From Escherichia phage ZH5, in the sequence record OM864357.1: a stretch of 42,949 nt of DNA, one strand, 5' to 3'. The notes under the pieces were generated by a model. It made no database searches, had not been told where the DNA came from, and saw only the letters and a list, made by a program, of their open reading frames with translations. Positions 1-8,227 of the stretch are shown one piece after another; the first letter of the stretch is position 1, and each line of letters starts with the position of its first letter. The position numbers and the translations under genes are program-made.

Positions 1-127
1 GGGGGGGGGGGGCCGTCTAGACGTCTAGATGGCTAGTTGGGGGCCAGCTGGGGGCCGTCTAGGGCGCACCAGGAGGGCCGTAGAGGCTCTCTGCGCGGTC
101 TAATGGCTATCCCTAGTGCTATCCTAT
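1..127. repeat. Left copy of direct terminal repeat (terminal redundancy), starts with a G12 homopolymer
   Basis: Bases 1-127 are identical by eye to 42823-42949. The window ends exactly where the right copy ends, so the true repeat may be longer. Confidence 0.85.
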
Positions 128-169
128 GCCTATTGCTATGCGCTCCTTGTAGGGCCGCTGGGAAGCTCT

Positions 170-202
170 GGGAGGCACTAGGGAGGCACTAGGGAGGCAC
201 TG
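170..202. repeat. Tandem repeat, 3 x 11-mer (gggaggcacta)
   Basis: Three adjacent copies read directly in the sequence; lies in the non-coding left end. Confidence 0.8.
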
Positions 203-556
203 GGTTATCTCTGCGTGCTCTCTGGGTGCTCTCTGTGGGGTATAGAGGTGCGCTCTGCCTTGCTTATTTTGTGCGTCCATTGCGGGCCTTCAGTGCCTCC
301 CTAGTGTGGGCCATAGCGGGCCGCCTAGTGCGCCGTGGTGCTATCGCTAGTGCTACCATTAGTGCTTTACATTGTGCCGATTCTATGCTACGCTGCGCGC
401 TCCCCACTAGGGCGCACTTCCACTATCCGCCACACTCTTCCGCTATCCCTAGCGCTATCACTAGTGCTTACTTTCATTCGAAAGCTATTAAGAAATGATG
501 TTACATGAGTAGGAGGGTTTTAGGGAACTACATACTACCTACTACTACTTACTACT

Positions 557-586
557 ATTCACTAGTATTCACTAGTATTCACTAGT
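557..586. repeat. Tandem repeat, 3 x 10-mer (tattcactag), preceded by an (act)n-like tract
   Basis: Three perfect adjacent copies. Confidence 0.8.
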
Positions 587-694
587 ATGGCCCAGTGCCT
601 ACGCAGTAGGCTGCCATACCTACACAGTCACCGCATCACTCCGTGACTTCACTTACGTTACGTCACTGCGTTCTGCTCCATGCAGTGTTAGATG

Positions 695-724
695 GTATTG
701 GCTAGTATTGGCTAGTATTGGCTA
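695..724. repeat. Tandem repeat, 3 x 10-mer (gtattggcta), related in sequence to the 557-586 array
   Basis: Three perfect adjacent copies. Confidence 0.8.
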
Positions 725-781
725 AATCATTGCCCTGCTTACCCTTTTTGCTCTTAAGGATAAAAAGTTTCAAAAAAGTGC

Positions 782-811
782 TTGCTTTTTTTGGTCTGTT
801 AGCGCTATAGT
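782..811 (+). promoter_or_regulatory. Candidate host sigma70 early promoter (TTGCTT, 18-nt spacer, TATAGT)
   Basis: Hexamers matching consensus 4/6 and 5/6 with an AT-rich upstream tract. By analogy to the A1-A3 host promoters at the T7 left end. Confidence 0.35.
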
Positions 812-914
812 TCAATCACCGGGAGGCGCTGAGGCGCTGAACGGGGCCGAGCCGGGAGGCTCCGCTGGATTAAGGCTAGATAGTGCGAAGGGTTAGATAC
901 TCGAATAAAAAGGG

Positions 915-943
915 TTGACACCGCGAAGGGCATAGGCTAGATT
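915..943 (+). promoter_or_regulatory. Candidate host sigma70 early promoter (TTGACA, 17-nt spacer, TAGATT)
   Basis: Perfect -35 hexamer, optimal spacer, -10 matching 4/6. Confidence 0.45.
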
Positions 944-1063
944 GAATCCCAGCAGTACGGCAGGATAGTTGAAGACAGGCCGCTAACTAGGACACTTCCA
1001 CGTAGCAAGCCGCTACAGGTGACCGGACACATAAACCGGACGGTTTAAGAGTAAGAAATAACG

Positions 1064-1092
1064 TTTGACAAGTTCTGATTCACCTAGTAACT
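1064..1092 (+). promoter_or_regulatory. Candidate host sigma70 early promoter (TTGACA, 17-nt spacer, TAACTT)
   Basis: Perfect -35 hexamer; the -10 keeps the T1, A2 and T6 positions. Confidence 0.35.
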
Positions 1093-1482
1093 TAGATAAC
1101 GAACAAGGCAAGGATAACCGCTCTAGGGCACAGGATGTGTGACCCGTCGGATTAGGCTAGACGTTAAAAATGACCTCTTAAAGGTTTAGTAGTAAGCTGG
1201 TTTGCGGGGAGGCCCAGTACCATAGTGGTACTATGACGACCAATCCTAGACAATCAGTGCAGTAAAGAAGTAACATCAAGAGCCGAGATGACAAACGGCT
1301 GGGGCGCTGAGGTGCTGCCCCTTAAAAGAATAGCACCGAGAGGTTGAGTCCCTTCCACGGTTGTGCAGTGGGTCGTACTCGTAGGTTAGCAGTCCTATGC
1401 CGATAAGTGCAGAGGCAGTCGCTCCCGTATCCAGTGAGCGCGGCAAATACTGCTGGTATCCTAGCAACCACGGAGCTAGGGA

Positions 1483-1542
1483 CGTTTGAGTTAGGTTTTA
1501 GGCGGGCGTTTACATTCCGCCAGAACCTAACCCGTCAAACGT
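1483..1542 (+). promoter_or_regulatory. Long imperfect hairpin in the 5'UTR of the first early gene (candidate RNase III-type processing or regulatory structure)
   Basis: acgtttgagttaggtt pairs with aacctaacccgtcaaacgt, with an inner ggcgg/ccgcc stem. Ends 4 nt before the AAGGAG RBS of the 1556 gene. Confidence 0.4.
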
Positions 1543-1555
1543 TATAAGGAGCACA

Positions 1556-1774
1556 ATGATGAAGTACCGAGATAAATTGAAACAACAGTTCGCTGGGCTT
1601 GAGAAGTTATCCGGTCCTGAATTGAGAAAACGCCGGGATGCGCTGAATCGCGCCGGTTATATGCGGATGAAACAATCTGCTACGTTCAGCACGAACGTTC
1701 GCGGCAAGACCAAAACAAAGGGAAGCAGCAAGGCGCCGCAAGGTTGGTACACTGCCGGGCAGTTCGGACGCTAA
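1556..1774 (+). CDS. Hypothetical early protein (72 aa, basic)
   Basis: First ORF after the non-coding left end; AAGGAG RBS 4-7 nt upstream of tandem ATG ATG. Confidence 0.6.
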   Translation: MMKYRDKLKQQFAGLEKLSGPELRKRRDALNRAGYMRMKQSATFSTNVRGKTKTKGSSKAPQGWYTAGQFGR

Positions 1775-1780
1775 TTACAG

Positions 1781-1808
1781 CCTATAGCATCCTATGGGGT
1801 GCTATGTG
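1781..1808 (+). promoter_or_regulatory. Conserved intergenic hairpin, copy 1 (cctatagcatcc / tatg / gggtgctatgtg)
   Basis: About 12-bp stem allowing G-U pairs; near-identical copy at 2699-2726; 25 nt upstream of the next gene start. Confidence 0.5.
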
Positions 1809-1832
1809 AAGTAATTAAACCAGGAGGCACTT

Positions 1833-1964
1833 ATGAGTGCGATGGAATTACATAAGGCAATCCTGGACGTATTGAGGGAGCTGGAGCGGGTTGACCTTCT
1901 CCCGACGGCTAGGATTGCGCTGAGTCGCTATCTCGAGCGGCTTACAACTATGAAAACTAACTAA
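1833..1964 (+). CDS. Small hypothetical protein (43 aa)
   Basis: AGGAGG RBS 5 nt upstream of ATG; below the 60-aa track cutoff; its stop overlaps the next start region. Confidence 0.45.
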   Translation: MSAMELHKAILDVLRELERVDLLPTARIALSRYLERLTTMKTN

Positions 1965-1975
1965 TGAGGTGTATT

Positions 1976-2563
1976 ATGATCAATTCAATAACTAACGCAA
2001 CCAAAAAAGTATTCAAATTAACCGCTGCTGGCAGCATTCGCAAGGCGCTGGGCGACGTGGTGGAAGCAAAACGCAATATTACTATCAGCGCTCTGTTCCA
2101 CGGCCTGATTAGTAGCAACGTTTCTTGGGCGACGGATATGCAGCGCAGCGATGCCGCTGACTTCGATATGGTGCTGCGTACACTGCTGCCCATCAAGTTC
2201 AACAAGGAATCCGGCAAGTACGAATTCCACGCTAAAAAGTGCTATGCGTCGGCTGAAAAGCTGGGCATTGAACTGGACACTATGCGTCTGGACTATAAAC
2301 AAGCTGACAAGCAAGGCCGTGAGGAGATTATTGCCAGCTTCTATAGCGCTTGCATGGCTCTGTACACTGCTGAAGCGGAGCAAGTGAAGAATGATGCCCT
2401 TGATGCCGATGCAGTGCGTCTGCAAGCTCTGGGGCGCGTTAAAAACGCCATCAAAAAAGCAAAAGAGACTGGCGTAAGCGATGCTGACCTTGTGTCTATG
2501 CTGGTATCGCAGGGCGTGGATGTACGCGCTGTACTGGATGCAACGTTGAAGGTGCCAGCATGA
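1976..2563 (+). CDS. Hypothetical early protein (195 aa)
   Basis: ORF in track from 1964; ATG at 1976 preferred because GAGGTG lies 4 nt upstream. Confidence 0.6.
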   Translation: MINSITNATKKVFKLTAAGSIRKALGDVVEAKRNITISALFHGLISSNVSWATDMQRSDAADFDMVLRTLLPIKFNKESGKYEFHAKKCYASAEKLGIELDTMRLDYKQADKQGREEIIASFYSACMALYTAEAEQVKNDALDADAVRLQALGRVKNAIKKAKETGVSDADLVSMLVSQGVDVRAVLDATLKVPA

Positions 2564-2691
2564 TTTATAAGGTTCCGGTTATCAAGTGGTGGGCGCTGTG
2601 CCCTGCGGCCAACGATGCGGACGCCTTCAACATCCCTACCCGCGGCCGTCACAACAAGTGGCGGTATGAGGGATTAGGGGAATACGTATAG
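2560..2691 (+). CDS. Small hypothetical protein (43 aa)
   Basis: ATG overlaps the upstream stop (ATGA); GAAGGTG upstream; fills an otherwise empty gap. Confidence 0.4.
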   Translation: MIYKVPVIKWWALCPAANDADAFNIPTRGRHNKWRYEGLGEYV

Positions 2692-2698
2692 TGGCAAG

Positions 2699-2726
2699 CC
2701 TATAGCGTCCTACGTGGCGCTATGTG
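2699..2726 (+). promoter_or_regulatory. Conserved intergenic hairpin, copy 2 (cctatagcgtcc / tacg / tggcgctatgtg)
   Basis: Same element as 1781-1808; a compensatory change converts an A-T stem pair to G-C. Confidence 0.5.
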
Positions 2727-2752
2727 ATTGCAACTAGCATATAGGGTTTCAA

Positions 2753-2971
2753 ATGAAAGCAATCATGATTTATCCGGGGCATGCTTTGTGGTTTGGTTGG
2801 TGCAATCAAGTACAAGAATATAACTTCTCTGTACTGATATTCTCCGACCGAGATACTGAGCAAGAGCACCCGCTGGATATAGTTGACACTAACACCGAAA
2901 TGGCGGCGCGTACTCTGCTGGACGCCGTGAATCTAGGTATCATCACCGACTGGAGGCAGTTATATGGTTGA
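2753..2971 (+). CDS. Hypothetical early protein (72 aa)
   Basis: ORF from track; weak RBS; fits the contiguous + strand gene array. Confidence 0.5.
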   Translation: MKAIMIYPGHALWFGWCNQVQEYNFSVLIFSDRDTEQEHPLDIVDTNTEMAARTLLDAVNLGIITDWRQLYG

Positions 2972-3239
2972 CGTATTCAATATTATTGTGACCAGCGCTA
3001 TGCTGGTGCTGGGCAACGATGTAAACAACCCGGTGCCCTACTGTACTGTGCAATTGCAGCAGCAATCACAGCAACCGGCGGCGCAGGAACCGTTAGCGCG
3101 TCCTGAGTATGATCTCTTTGAAGAGCCTGAGGGCGGTTGTAAAGAGCTGGGCGCGCGTATCCTTGCGGCGGTGCAGGGGCAGTACCTGGACGCCACCGTG
3201 ACACTCACTGTGGACGGTAAGAGCAATGATGAAATTTGA
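2964..3239 (+). CDS. Hypothetical early protein (91 aa, Gln-rich and acidic)
   Basis: GGAGG RBS upstream of ATG at 2964; overlaps the previous stop. Confidence 0.55.
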   Translation: MVDVFNIIVTSAMLVLGNDVNNPVPYCTVQLQQQSQQPAAQEPLARPEYDLFEEPEGGCKELGARILAAVQGQYLDATVTLTVDGKSNDEI

Positions 3240-3247
3240 GGTTGGGT

Positions 3248-3427
3248 ATGTACGGGAAGAATCCTGAAACGCTGCTGATGCGTAAGCAGCAACCAACAAT
3301 CGACGGGCTGGCGCGTGAATACAGCGCAAAAGCAGCGCTGCGTCAGCACTATGAGAAACAAGCGAAGCGCCTGGGTATGACCCTGCGCGGTTACTGCTTC
3401 CGGTTTAATGTGCGAGGTGTAGTATGA
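3248..3427 (+). CDS. Hypothetical early protein (59 aa)
   Basis: Track ORF 3236-3427 begins at TTG; the ATG at 3248 with GAGG upstream is preferred. Confidence 0.45.
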   Translation: MYGKNPETLLMRKQQPTIDGLAREYSAKAALRQHYEKQAKRLGMTLRGYCFRFNVRGVV

Positions 3428-3627
3428 ATGAACTAATTGAGTATGACTTGTACAAGAGCCAGTACGGGGTGCTGTACCGGGTGCAACTGCATAGCGCGCT
3501 GCATGAGCCTGCCGAGCTATACCTCCAAGTAGGGGATCGGTGGATTCAGTCATATGCCACAGTTGGCGATGTAGTAGCTGGGAGTGGGATTACCCTCGTG
3601 GCCCGCAACGTAGTATTCAAGGATTAA
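3424..3627 (+). CDS. Hypothetical early protein (67 aa)
   Basis: GAGGTG RBS; ATG overlaps the upstream stop. Confidence 0.55.
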   Translation: MNELIEYDLYKSQYGVLYRVQLHSALHEPAELYLQVGDRWIQSYATVGDVVAGSGITLVARNVVFKD

Positions 3628-3629
3628 AT

Positions 3630-3974
3630 ATGCTTACAGTAGACGAAACAGCGCTACTGTGTTGGCGCTTGCTAGAAACGCAGGGCAAGTGCGGGTGCCC
3701 GTGGGAAATATTCAAAGAGGTCCCTAATGAACTCAAGCAAATCGTACCGGTCGAGCGTAGACTCCTCCGAGTTCGTAAGCAGGACTCTACGGTGGTGCTC
3801 ACCGCATACCGGGAGTATACAGAATCTGCCGCGCGGAATCTGCAAGAACACATTGCATTCAATGTGGTTGCGGCGCTACAGCAGTATGGATATAGGGGAG
3901 CTTTTACGCGATTTAAATCCGCAGTGCGAGCCTATTACAAGCAGCAACAACTCTCTGCGTGGTATGCGCGCTGA
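3630..3974 (+). CDS. Hypothetical early protein (114 aa, Cys-containing)
   Basis: AAGGA RBS then ATG at 3630, immediately after the upstream TAA. The track ORF extends upstream to 3540 but overlaps the previous gene. Confidence 0.5.
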   Translation: MLTVDETALLCWRLLETQGKCGCPWEIFKEVPNELKQIVPVERRLLRVRKQDSTVVLTAYREYTESAARNLQEHIAFNVVAALQQYGYRGAFTRFKSAVRAYYKQQQLSAWYAR

Positions 3975-4014
3975 GCTTTTGATACATGATGAAATACAAT
4001 TCATTCAGGAGCAA

Positions 4015-5721
4015 ATGAAAATGCAAGAGACTAACAAAGTAACCGTAGATGCAAACGTACCTGCCTACGAGGGTTGGACCATCAAATTTCCAGAAGGGGC
4101 CAATGCTCTTCCACTGAAGGATAGTATGTACTCTTCCGGGGATTACTGGTGCCAACTTCCCTACCTATCAACTCAAGGCCGTGTGCGCGTGCAAAGTAAC
4201 AAAACCCGTGCGCTTTTGAATGGCTTTTATATGTTGTCAAGGGTGCTGCCGGGGTATATTGTAGCACTCGGCAACTTTACAGCTGCAGGAGAGGATTTGG
4301 GTAGGTTTGTTGGGCCGCTGGGCACGGTTGATGTTAGTGACACTCTCCTGCATAAGCTCTTTGACTGTGCAGGTACCTGCGACCAAGCATTCGGTTTATA
4401 TAGCAGAACCTTCTATGATGGCCCTGACGTAGTTACAGAACGCGTAGTAGAAGCGGTCCAATACTTTACCGGATACAAGGTGCACAAGCAGGCTATCGAG
4501 TTGTTCGAAGAGATTATGCTAGCACCTAAGTACTCCCTTCGGGCCAAATACCTTCGTGGGTACAGTGAGCGTGATGGAGATTACTGGGCAGCAACCTTGC
4601 TTATGCAGTTGCACGGATTTGTAGTATCTAGGTTTGCAATCCCGCTGGGTTTTGGCTTCCGAAACGGTGAGCCTGTAGTAATGCTGGGGCAGCCGCGACT
4701 GCACAAAGACTACGCCGCTGTTACTGAGTATCGCTGTGTAGAGATGCGAGCAGGCAAGTGGCTCGCTAATTATTACGGAAGCGGTGTAGACTTCCGGGAA
4801 TGTATTGAAGACCTCAAAGCTATGAACGTGGAGCCTACTACATATCTTTGTAAGACCGAGCGGGAGTGGTACTACGCATACGAGAACGGCCCTAGTAGCT
4901 GCATGACTGGATATGACTTCGAGGCTAGCCCGGTGCGTGTATATGCCACGACTAGTCACGGCTTGTCGGATAATGGGCTGCGCTTGTTCATCCAGTATAC
5001 TGGTGAACTTTTTGGCGACGACTTTAAAGTGCACGCCCGCGCTATCGTTAACATCGAAACCAACGAATACGTCCGTGCATACGGGGATGCTGCGGACGCC
5101 ATTCTACGTGCTAATGGGTATGAGCGCGATACAGACTGCTTAGATGGCGCACTACTGGCACGCATTCCGCACCCAGAGCATGATGGTGCCGTGCTTATGC
5201 CGTACTTGGATGGGAACCAAGACGGGGTAGATGAAGAAGGGGATACCGCGTTCGTTATCTGCGACTGCTACGACTATGAAGCACAGGACGCTGACGGGTA
5301 CATTTGGATGGATGATGGTCGCAGTGCTTGTGCAGAGTGTGGGGGACGTTTCGACGAGGATGACATGTACGTAGCTTGTGACGGTGGTTATGTATGCCAG
5401 CACTGTATCGGTGATACTTACGTACAGGTAGTGGGCCGCAGCGTAGTGTATCCATCATGGGATTGCTCATGGTCTGACTACCACGACTCTTGGGTACTCG
5501 ACCAGGACGTAGAAGATTGTGCTGTAGAGGGTACAGTGCATGATGAAGAGCCAATGGTGTGCGTACAAGGGTACAATGTTCTGAGTGTGCATGCCGAAGA
5601 GCACCCAGTGCACGGTATGATTCTCACGGAGTACGCTGCGTCTGTATTGGATGAGCCCTACCTCGGTAATGAAGAAGCCGAAGAAGACAAAGAAGTTAAA
5701 GCAGAACAGGAGGCAGCTTAA
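4015..5721 (+). CDS. Large early protein of unknown function (568 aa) with C-terminal Cys-rich CxxC clusters and an acidic tail
   Basis: Long ORF in track from 3727; the ATG at 4015 with AGGAG RBS is preferred (alternative ATG at 3964). CAECGG...CQHC motifs at about 5329-5406. No family recognised by eye. Confidence 0.7.
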   Translation: MKMQETNKVTVDANVPAYEGWTIKFPEGANALPLKDSMYSSGDYWCQLPYLSTQGRVRVQSNKTRALLNGFYMLSRVLPGYIVALGNFTAAGEDLGRFVGPLGTVDVSDTLLHKLFDCAGTCDQAFGLYSRTFYDGPDVVTERVVEAVQYFTGYKVHKQAIELFEEIMLAPKYSLRAKYLRGYSERDGDYWAATLLMQLHGFVVSRFAIPLGFGFRNGEPVVMLGQPRLHKDYAAVTEYRCVEMRAGKWLANYYGSGVDFRECIEDLKAMNVEPTTYLCKTEREWYYAYENGPSSCMTGYDFEASPVRVYATTSHGLSDNGLRLFIQYTGELFGDDFKVHARAIVNIETNEYVRAYGDAADAILRANGYERDTDCLDGALLARIPHPEHDGAVLMPYLDGNQDGVDEEGDTAFVICDCYDYEAQDADGYIWMDDGRSACAECGGRFDEDDMYVACDGGYVCQHCIGDTYVQVVGRSVVYPSWDCSWSDYHDSWVLDQDVEDCAVEGTVHDEEPMVCVQGYNVLSVHAEEHPVHGMILTEYAASVLDEPYLGNEEAEEDKEVKAEQEAA

Positions 5722-6755
5722 TGTATGGTGTTGACCTTAAACTACTGACAAAGATACTAACAACGCACCGACCTAGCTGGGGCAGTACCAAATGGTTTGA
5801 GCCGCTACTTAGTAGCGCTCTTGCCGGTGCAGAGCACTACGTTAGGGACGCTCATGGTAACTACTTTGTGCTAATTGGTAACTCCGAACAGAGTGATGTA
5901 GCGTTTACTTCACACCTCGATACAGTGGCCCGGCCTGGTAGTGCTGCGCCAGACATTGCAATCACTAACAAGGGTGTAATGTTCCTGCGGAATCCACAGG
6001 TGGCGGATTGTCTAGGTGCAGACTGTGGTGCTGGTATCTACCTGATGCTGGAGATGATTAGGCACGGTGTGCATGGGCGCTACTGCTTCTTCGTGGATGA
6101 GGAGGTAGGTTGTGAGGGCAGCAGAGCATCGGCCAAGGACGATACTGGCTTCTGGACTGGGGTCAAGGCAATGATTAGCTTTGACCGCCGAGGTGACGGT
6201 ATCATCACACATCAACGATACCAGCGTTGCTGCTCTGATACGTTCGCAAAAGAACTCGCGGCCCGGCTAGGGCGCACGGAAGCGCACTTACAGAAAGGAG
6301 TGTACACTGACTCTGCTGAGTTCGTAAGTATTATCCCAGAGTGCACTAACGTAGGCGTAGGGTACATGCACGAACATACTCCGGATGAGGTGCTGGACCT
6401 TAGTATTCTTGGCAGCGTACTGGAGCACGTACTCAGTCCGGGTACATTCAAGCACCTACCGATTGAACGGGATCCAAAGGTAATGGAACCAGATGCGTGG
6501 TTATCTGCCTCTGCGTATCCTTTTGATATGTCACTAGATGTTCCCCCTGCAGAGGATCCTCATTTACTAGCAGCATTCAAGGAGGTGTCACAGCTTTCTA
6601 AGCAGCAACTGATTAGTTGGGTATTGGATAACCCAGCAAGGGCCGCGGAATACATCATGGTGTATTCCGATTATGGCTTCAAAGAGGAACTGATTGAACT
6701 AGGCACCCGAGTTGTAGAAGACTGGGGCGGATACGATAATATTGTGGAGGGTTGA
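5721..6755 (+). CDS. MH-clan (M20/M28-like) zinc metallohydrolase / peptidase-like protein (344 aa)
   Basis: VAFTSHLDTV matches the M20 HxD[TV][STAV] signature; GADCGAG supplies the Asp; YCFFVDEEVG supplies the Glu-Glu; a later HEH may be the distal His. AGGAGG RBS; ATG overlaps the upstream TAA. Confidence 0.6.
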   Translation: MYGVDLKLLTKILTTHRPSWGSTKWFEPLLSSALAGAEHYVRDAHGNYFVLIGNSEQSDVAFTSHLDTVARPGSAAPDIAITNKGVMFLRNPQVADCLGADCGAGIYLMLEMIRHGVHGRYCFFVDEEVGCEGSRASAKDDTGFWTGVKAMISFDRRGDGIITHQRYQRCCSDTFAKELAARLGRTEAHLQKGVYTDSAEFVSIIPECTNVGVGYMHEHTPDEVLDLSILGSVLEHVLSPGTFKHLPIERDPKVMEPDAWLSASAYPFDMSLDVPPAEDPHLLAAFKEVSQLSKQQLISWVLDNPARAAEYIMVYSDYGFKEELIELGTRVVEDWGGYDNIVEG

Positions 6756-6757
6756 TT

Positions 6758-7237
6758 ATGCATAAGTTTAAAGTTGGTGATAAAGTAGTAGTAGGCGAAG
6801 CATGTACCGGGTTTATGGAACTATTGCAACGTACTCAAGGCGTTAAGAAGTATTACACTGTAACACACACTAGTGCTGAAGGCTACTGGCTGCAACTTGA
6901 CGGTATGGTGTGTTACGGGGACCCCGTCCCCTGGTGCTCTGAATACTTTGAGCTATACCAAGAGCCGGACGACGAGCTGCCGCCTGCACCAACCTCAGTA
7001 CTCTATTACCATAGCACTGCGGATGCAGACAACTTGCAGCATATGATAGTGCAACCACATTGGGAGTTAGAGGGACATCTCAGTATCGCTATCGTGAAGA
7101 GTGGTAAAAAGTTCGATCCCCTGGCTTACGGTGATGCATTATCCCTCAACCTGGAACCCGATGCAGCCTTGCAGTTGGCACATGACCTATGCCGCATGGC
7201 TATGGATATTAAACGTAAGGAGAAAGCAAATGCCTAA
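6758..7237 (+). CDS. Hypothetical protein (159 aa)
   Basis: GGAGG 7 nt upstream of ATG at 6758; track ORF begins at TTG 6752. Confidence 0.55.
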   Translation: MHKFKVGDKVVVGEACTGFMELLQRTQGVKKYYTVTHTSAEGYWLQLDGMVCYGDPVPWCSEYFELYQEPDDELPPAPTSVLYYHSTADADNLQHMIVQPHWELEGHLSIAIVKSGKKFDPLAYGDALSLNLEPDAALQLAHDLCRMAMDIKRKEKANA

Positions 7238-7436
7238 TAAAATTATTACATACAAAATGCCACCTAAGAGTATTGTGGTTGGAATTCCGTTCACTTGGGG
7301 GTTATGCAATGCTTGGGCTATAAAGGTGGAGGATGGTGATATGTACTATCTGGAAGGTGGTAGAATGGTGAATGAGGCCGAAGAAGAAATCTTGATGGAT
7401 GGCATAGTATATGCTAATAGTATCGAGATTAAATAA
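7230..7436 (+). CDS. Hypothetical protein (68 aa)
   Basis: TAAGGAG RBS then ATG at 7230; the track ORF from 7101 overlaps the previous gene. Confidence 0.5.
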   Translation: MPNKIITYKMPPKSIVVGIPFTWGLCNAWAIKVEDGDMYYLEGGRMVNEAEEEILMDGIVYANSIEIK

Positions 7437-8227
7437 TGGACCAGCCCTGGCTTAGAGCGTGCAAGCGCCTGGCCGTGGGGCAGAGGGCACGCTTTCGGTG
7501 CTGCGGCAGGGACGCCGCCGGGGTGCTCTACAATAACCCGGATGCCTGGGAATACTATTGCCACCGCTGCAAACAGGTAGGCAAGGAGCGCAAGCAGTAC
7601 CAGCGCATACAGTTACAGGAAGAGCCGAGGGTGCAGCCCTCTGCACCTGCAGATGCAATTTGTATTAGCCAAGCGCCTGCGGAAACGCAGAGTTTTATTT
7701 ACGGATTCCTTGCTTCAAAAGGAATCATGCCTGAAATGGTGGAGGATGCAGAGTGGAGCAACGAGAAACAGCGGATACTATTCCGTGTCGGAAGTGCTGC
7801 TCTGGGCCGTGCAGTGCATGCCCGACAGCAACCGAAGTGGGTAATGTACGGCCAGCCAATAGCTTTCGCTGTCGCGGCACCTGCCGTAGCACCGGCTGTA
7901 GCTGCGGGCGCACCTCTAAAGGTCGTGCTCACCGAGGACTTACTCTCAGCCCGGAAGATACAGCACGCAGTTACGAGCTACAGTGCGTTGAACGTGCAGG
8001 CTATAGCTATGCTGGGTACACGCTTGCCCACGCAGCTAAGGGCCTGGCTGATTCAGAATCGCCCAGAAGTGATTCTGATGCTGGACAATGACCCGGCAGG
8101 GCATGCCGGGGTAGCAGCAGCACGCCGAGCACTGCGCCCGTTCATGCAGTGCCGAGAACACTACTTCGCTGCGGACCCGAAGGACGCAGAAATCAAAGAG
8201 ATACTGGAGGCATTAACTTGGACTTAA
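7436..8227 (+). CDS. DNA primase (zinc-finger plus TOPRIM)
   Basis: N-terminal Cys cluster (CCGRD...CHRC); TOPRIM-like VVLTEDLLSARK and MLDNDPAG motifs; sits immediately upstream of the helicase. Confidence 0.75.
   Translation: MDQPWLRACKRLAVGQRARFRCCGRDAAGVLYNNPDAWEYYCHRCKQVGKERKQYQRIQLQEEPRVQPSAPADAICISQAPAETQSFIYGFLASKGIMPEMVEDAEWSNEKQRILFRVGSAALGRAVHARQQPKWVMYGQPIAFAVAAPAVAPAVAAGAPLKVVLTEDLLSARKIQHAVTSYSALNVQAIAMLGTRLPTQLRAWLIQNRPEVILMLDNDPAGHAGVAAARRALRPFMQCREHYFAADPKDAEIKEILEALTWT

Noticed and set aside
226-498. 90-aa + strand ORF in the left-end repeat region
   Set aside because: Lies in a repetitive non-coding region with no RBS, and its composition (Ala/Ser/Leu from GC-rich repeats) looks like a translated repeat. 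It sits upstream of all promoter candidates.
170-724. Possible CRISPR array suggested by the short direct repeats
   Set aside because: Units are only 10-11 bp, strictly tandem with no intervening spacers, and present in just three copies. This is not CRISPR architecture.
3727-4014. Upstream ATG at 3727 as the start of the large early protein
   Set aside because: It would overlap the preceding gene (3630-3974) by about 250 nt and has no RBS. The ATG at 4015 follows AGGAG with good spacing.
8149-8217. GTG 8149 as the helicase start (as in the track)
   Set aside because: It lies well inside the primase gene with no RBS. TTG 8218 has GGAGG 7 nt upstream and sits at the primase/helicase junction; ATG 8242 remains a fallback.
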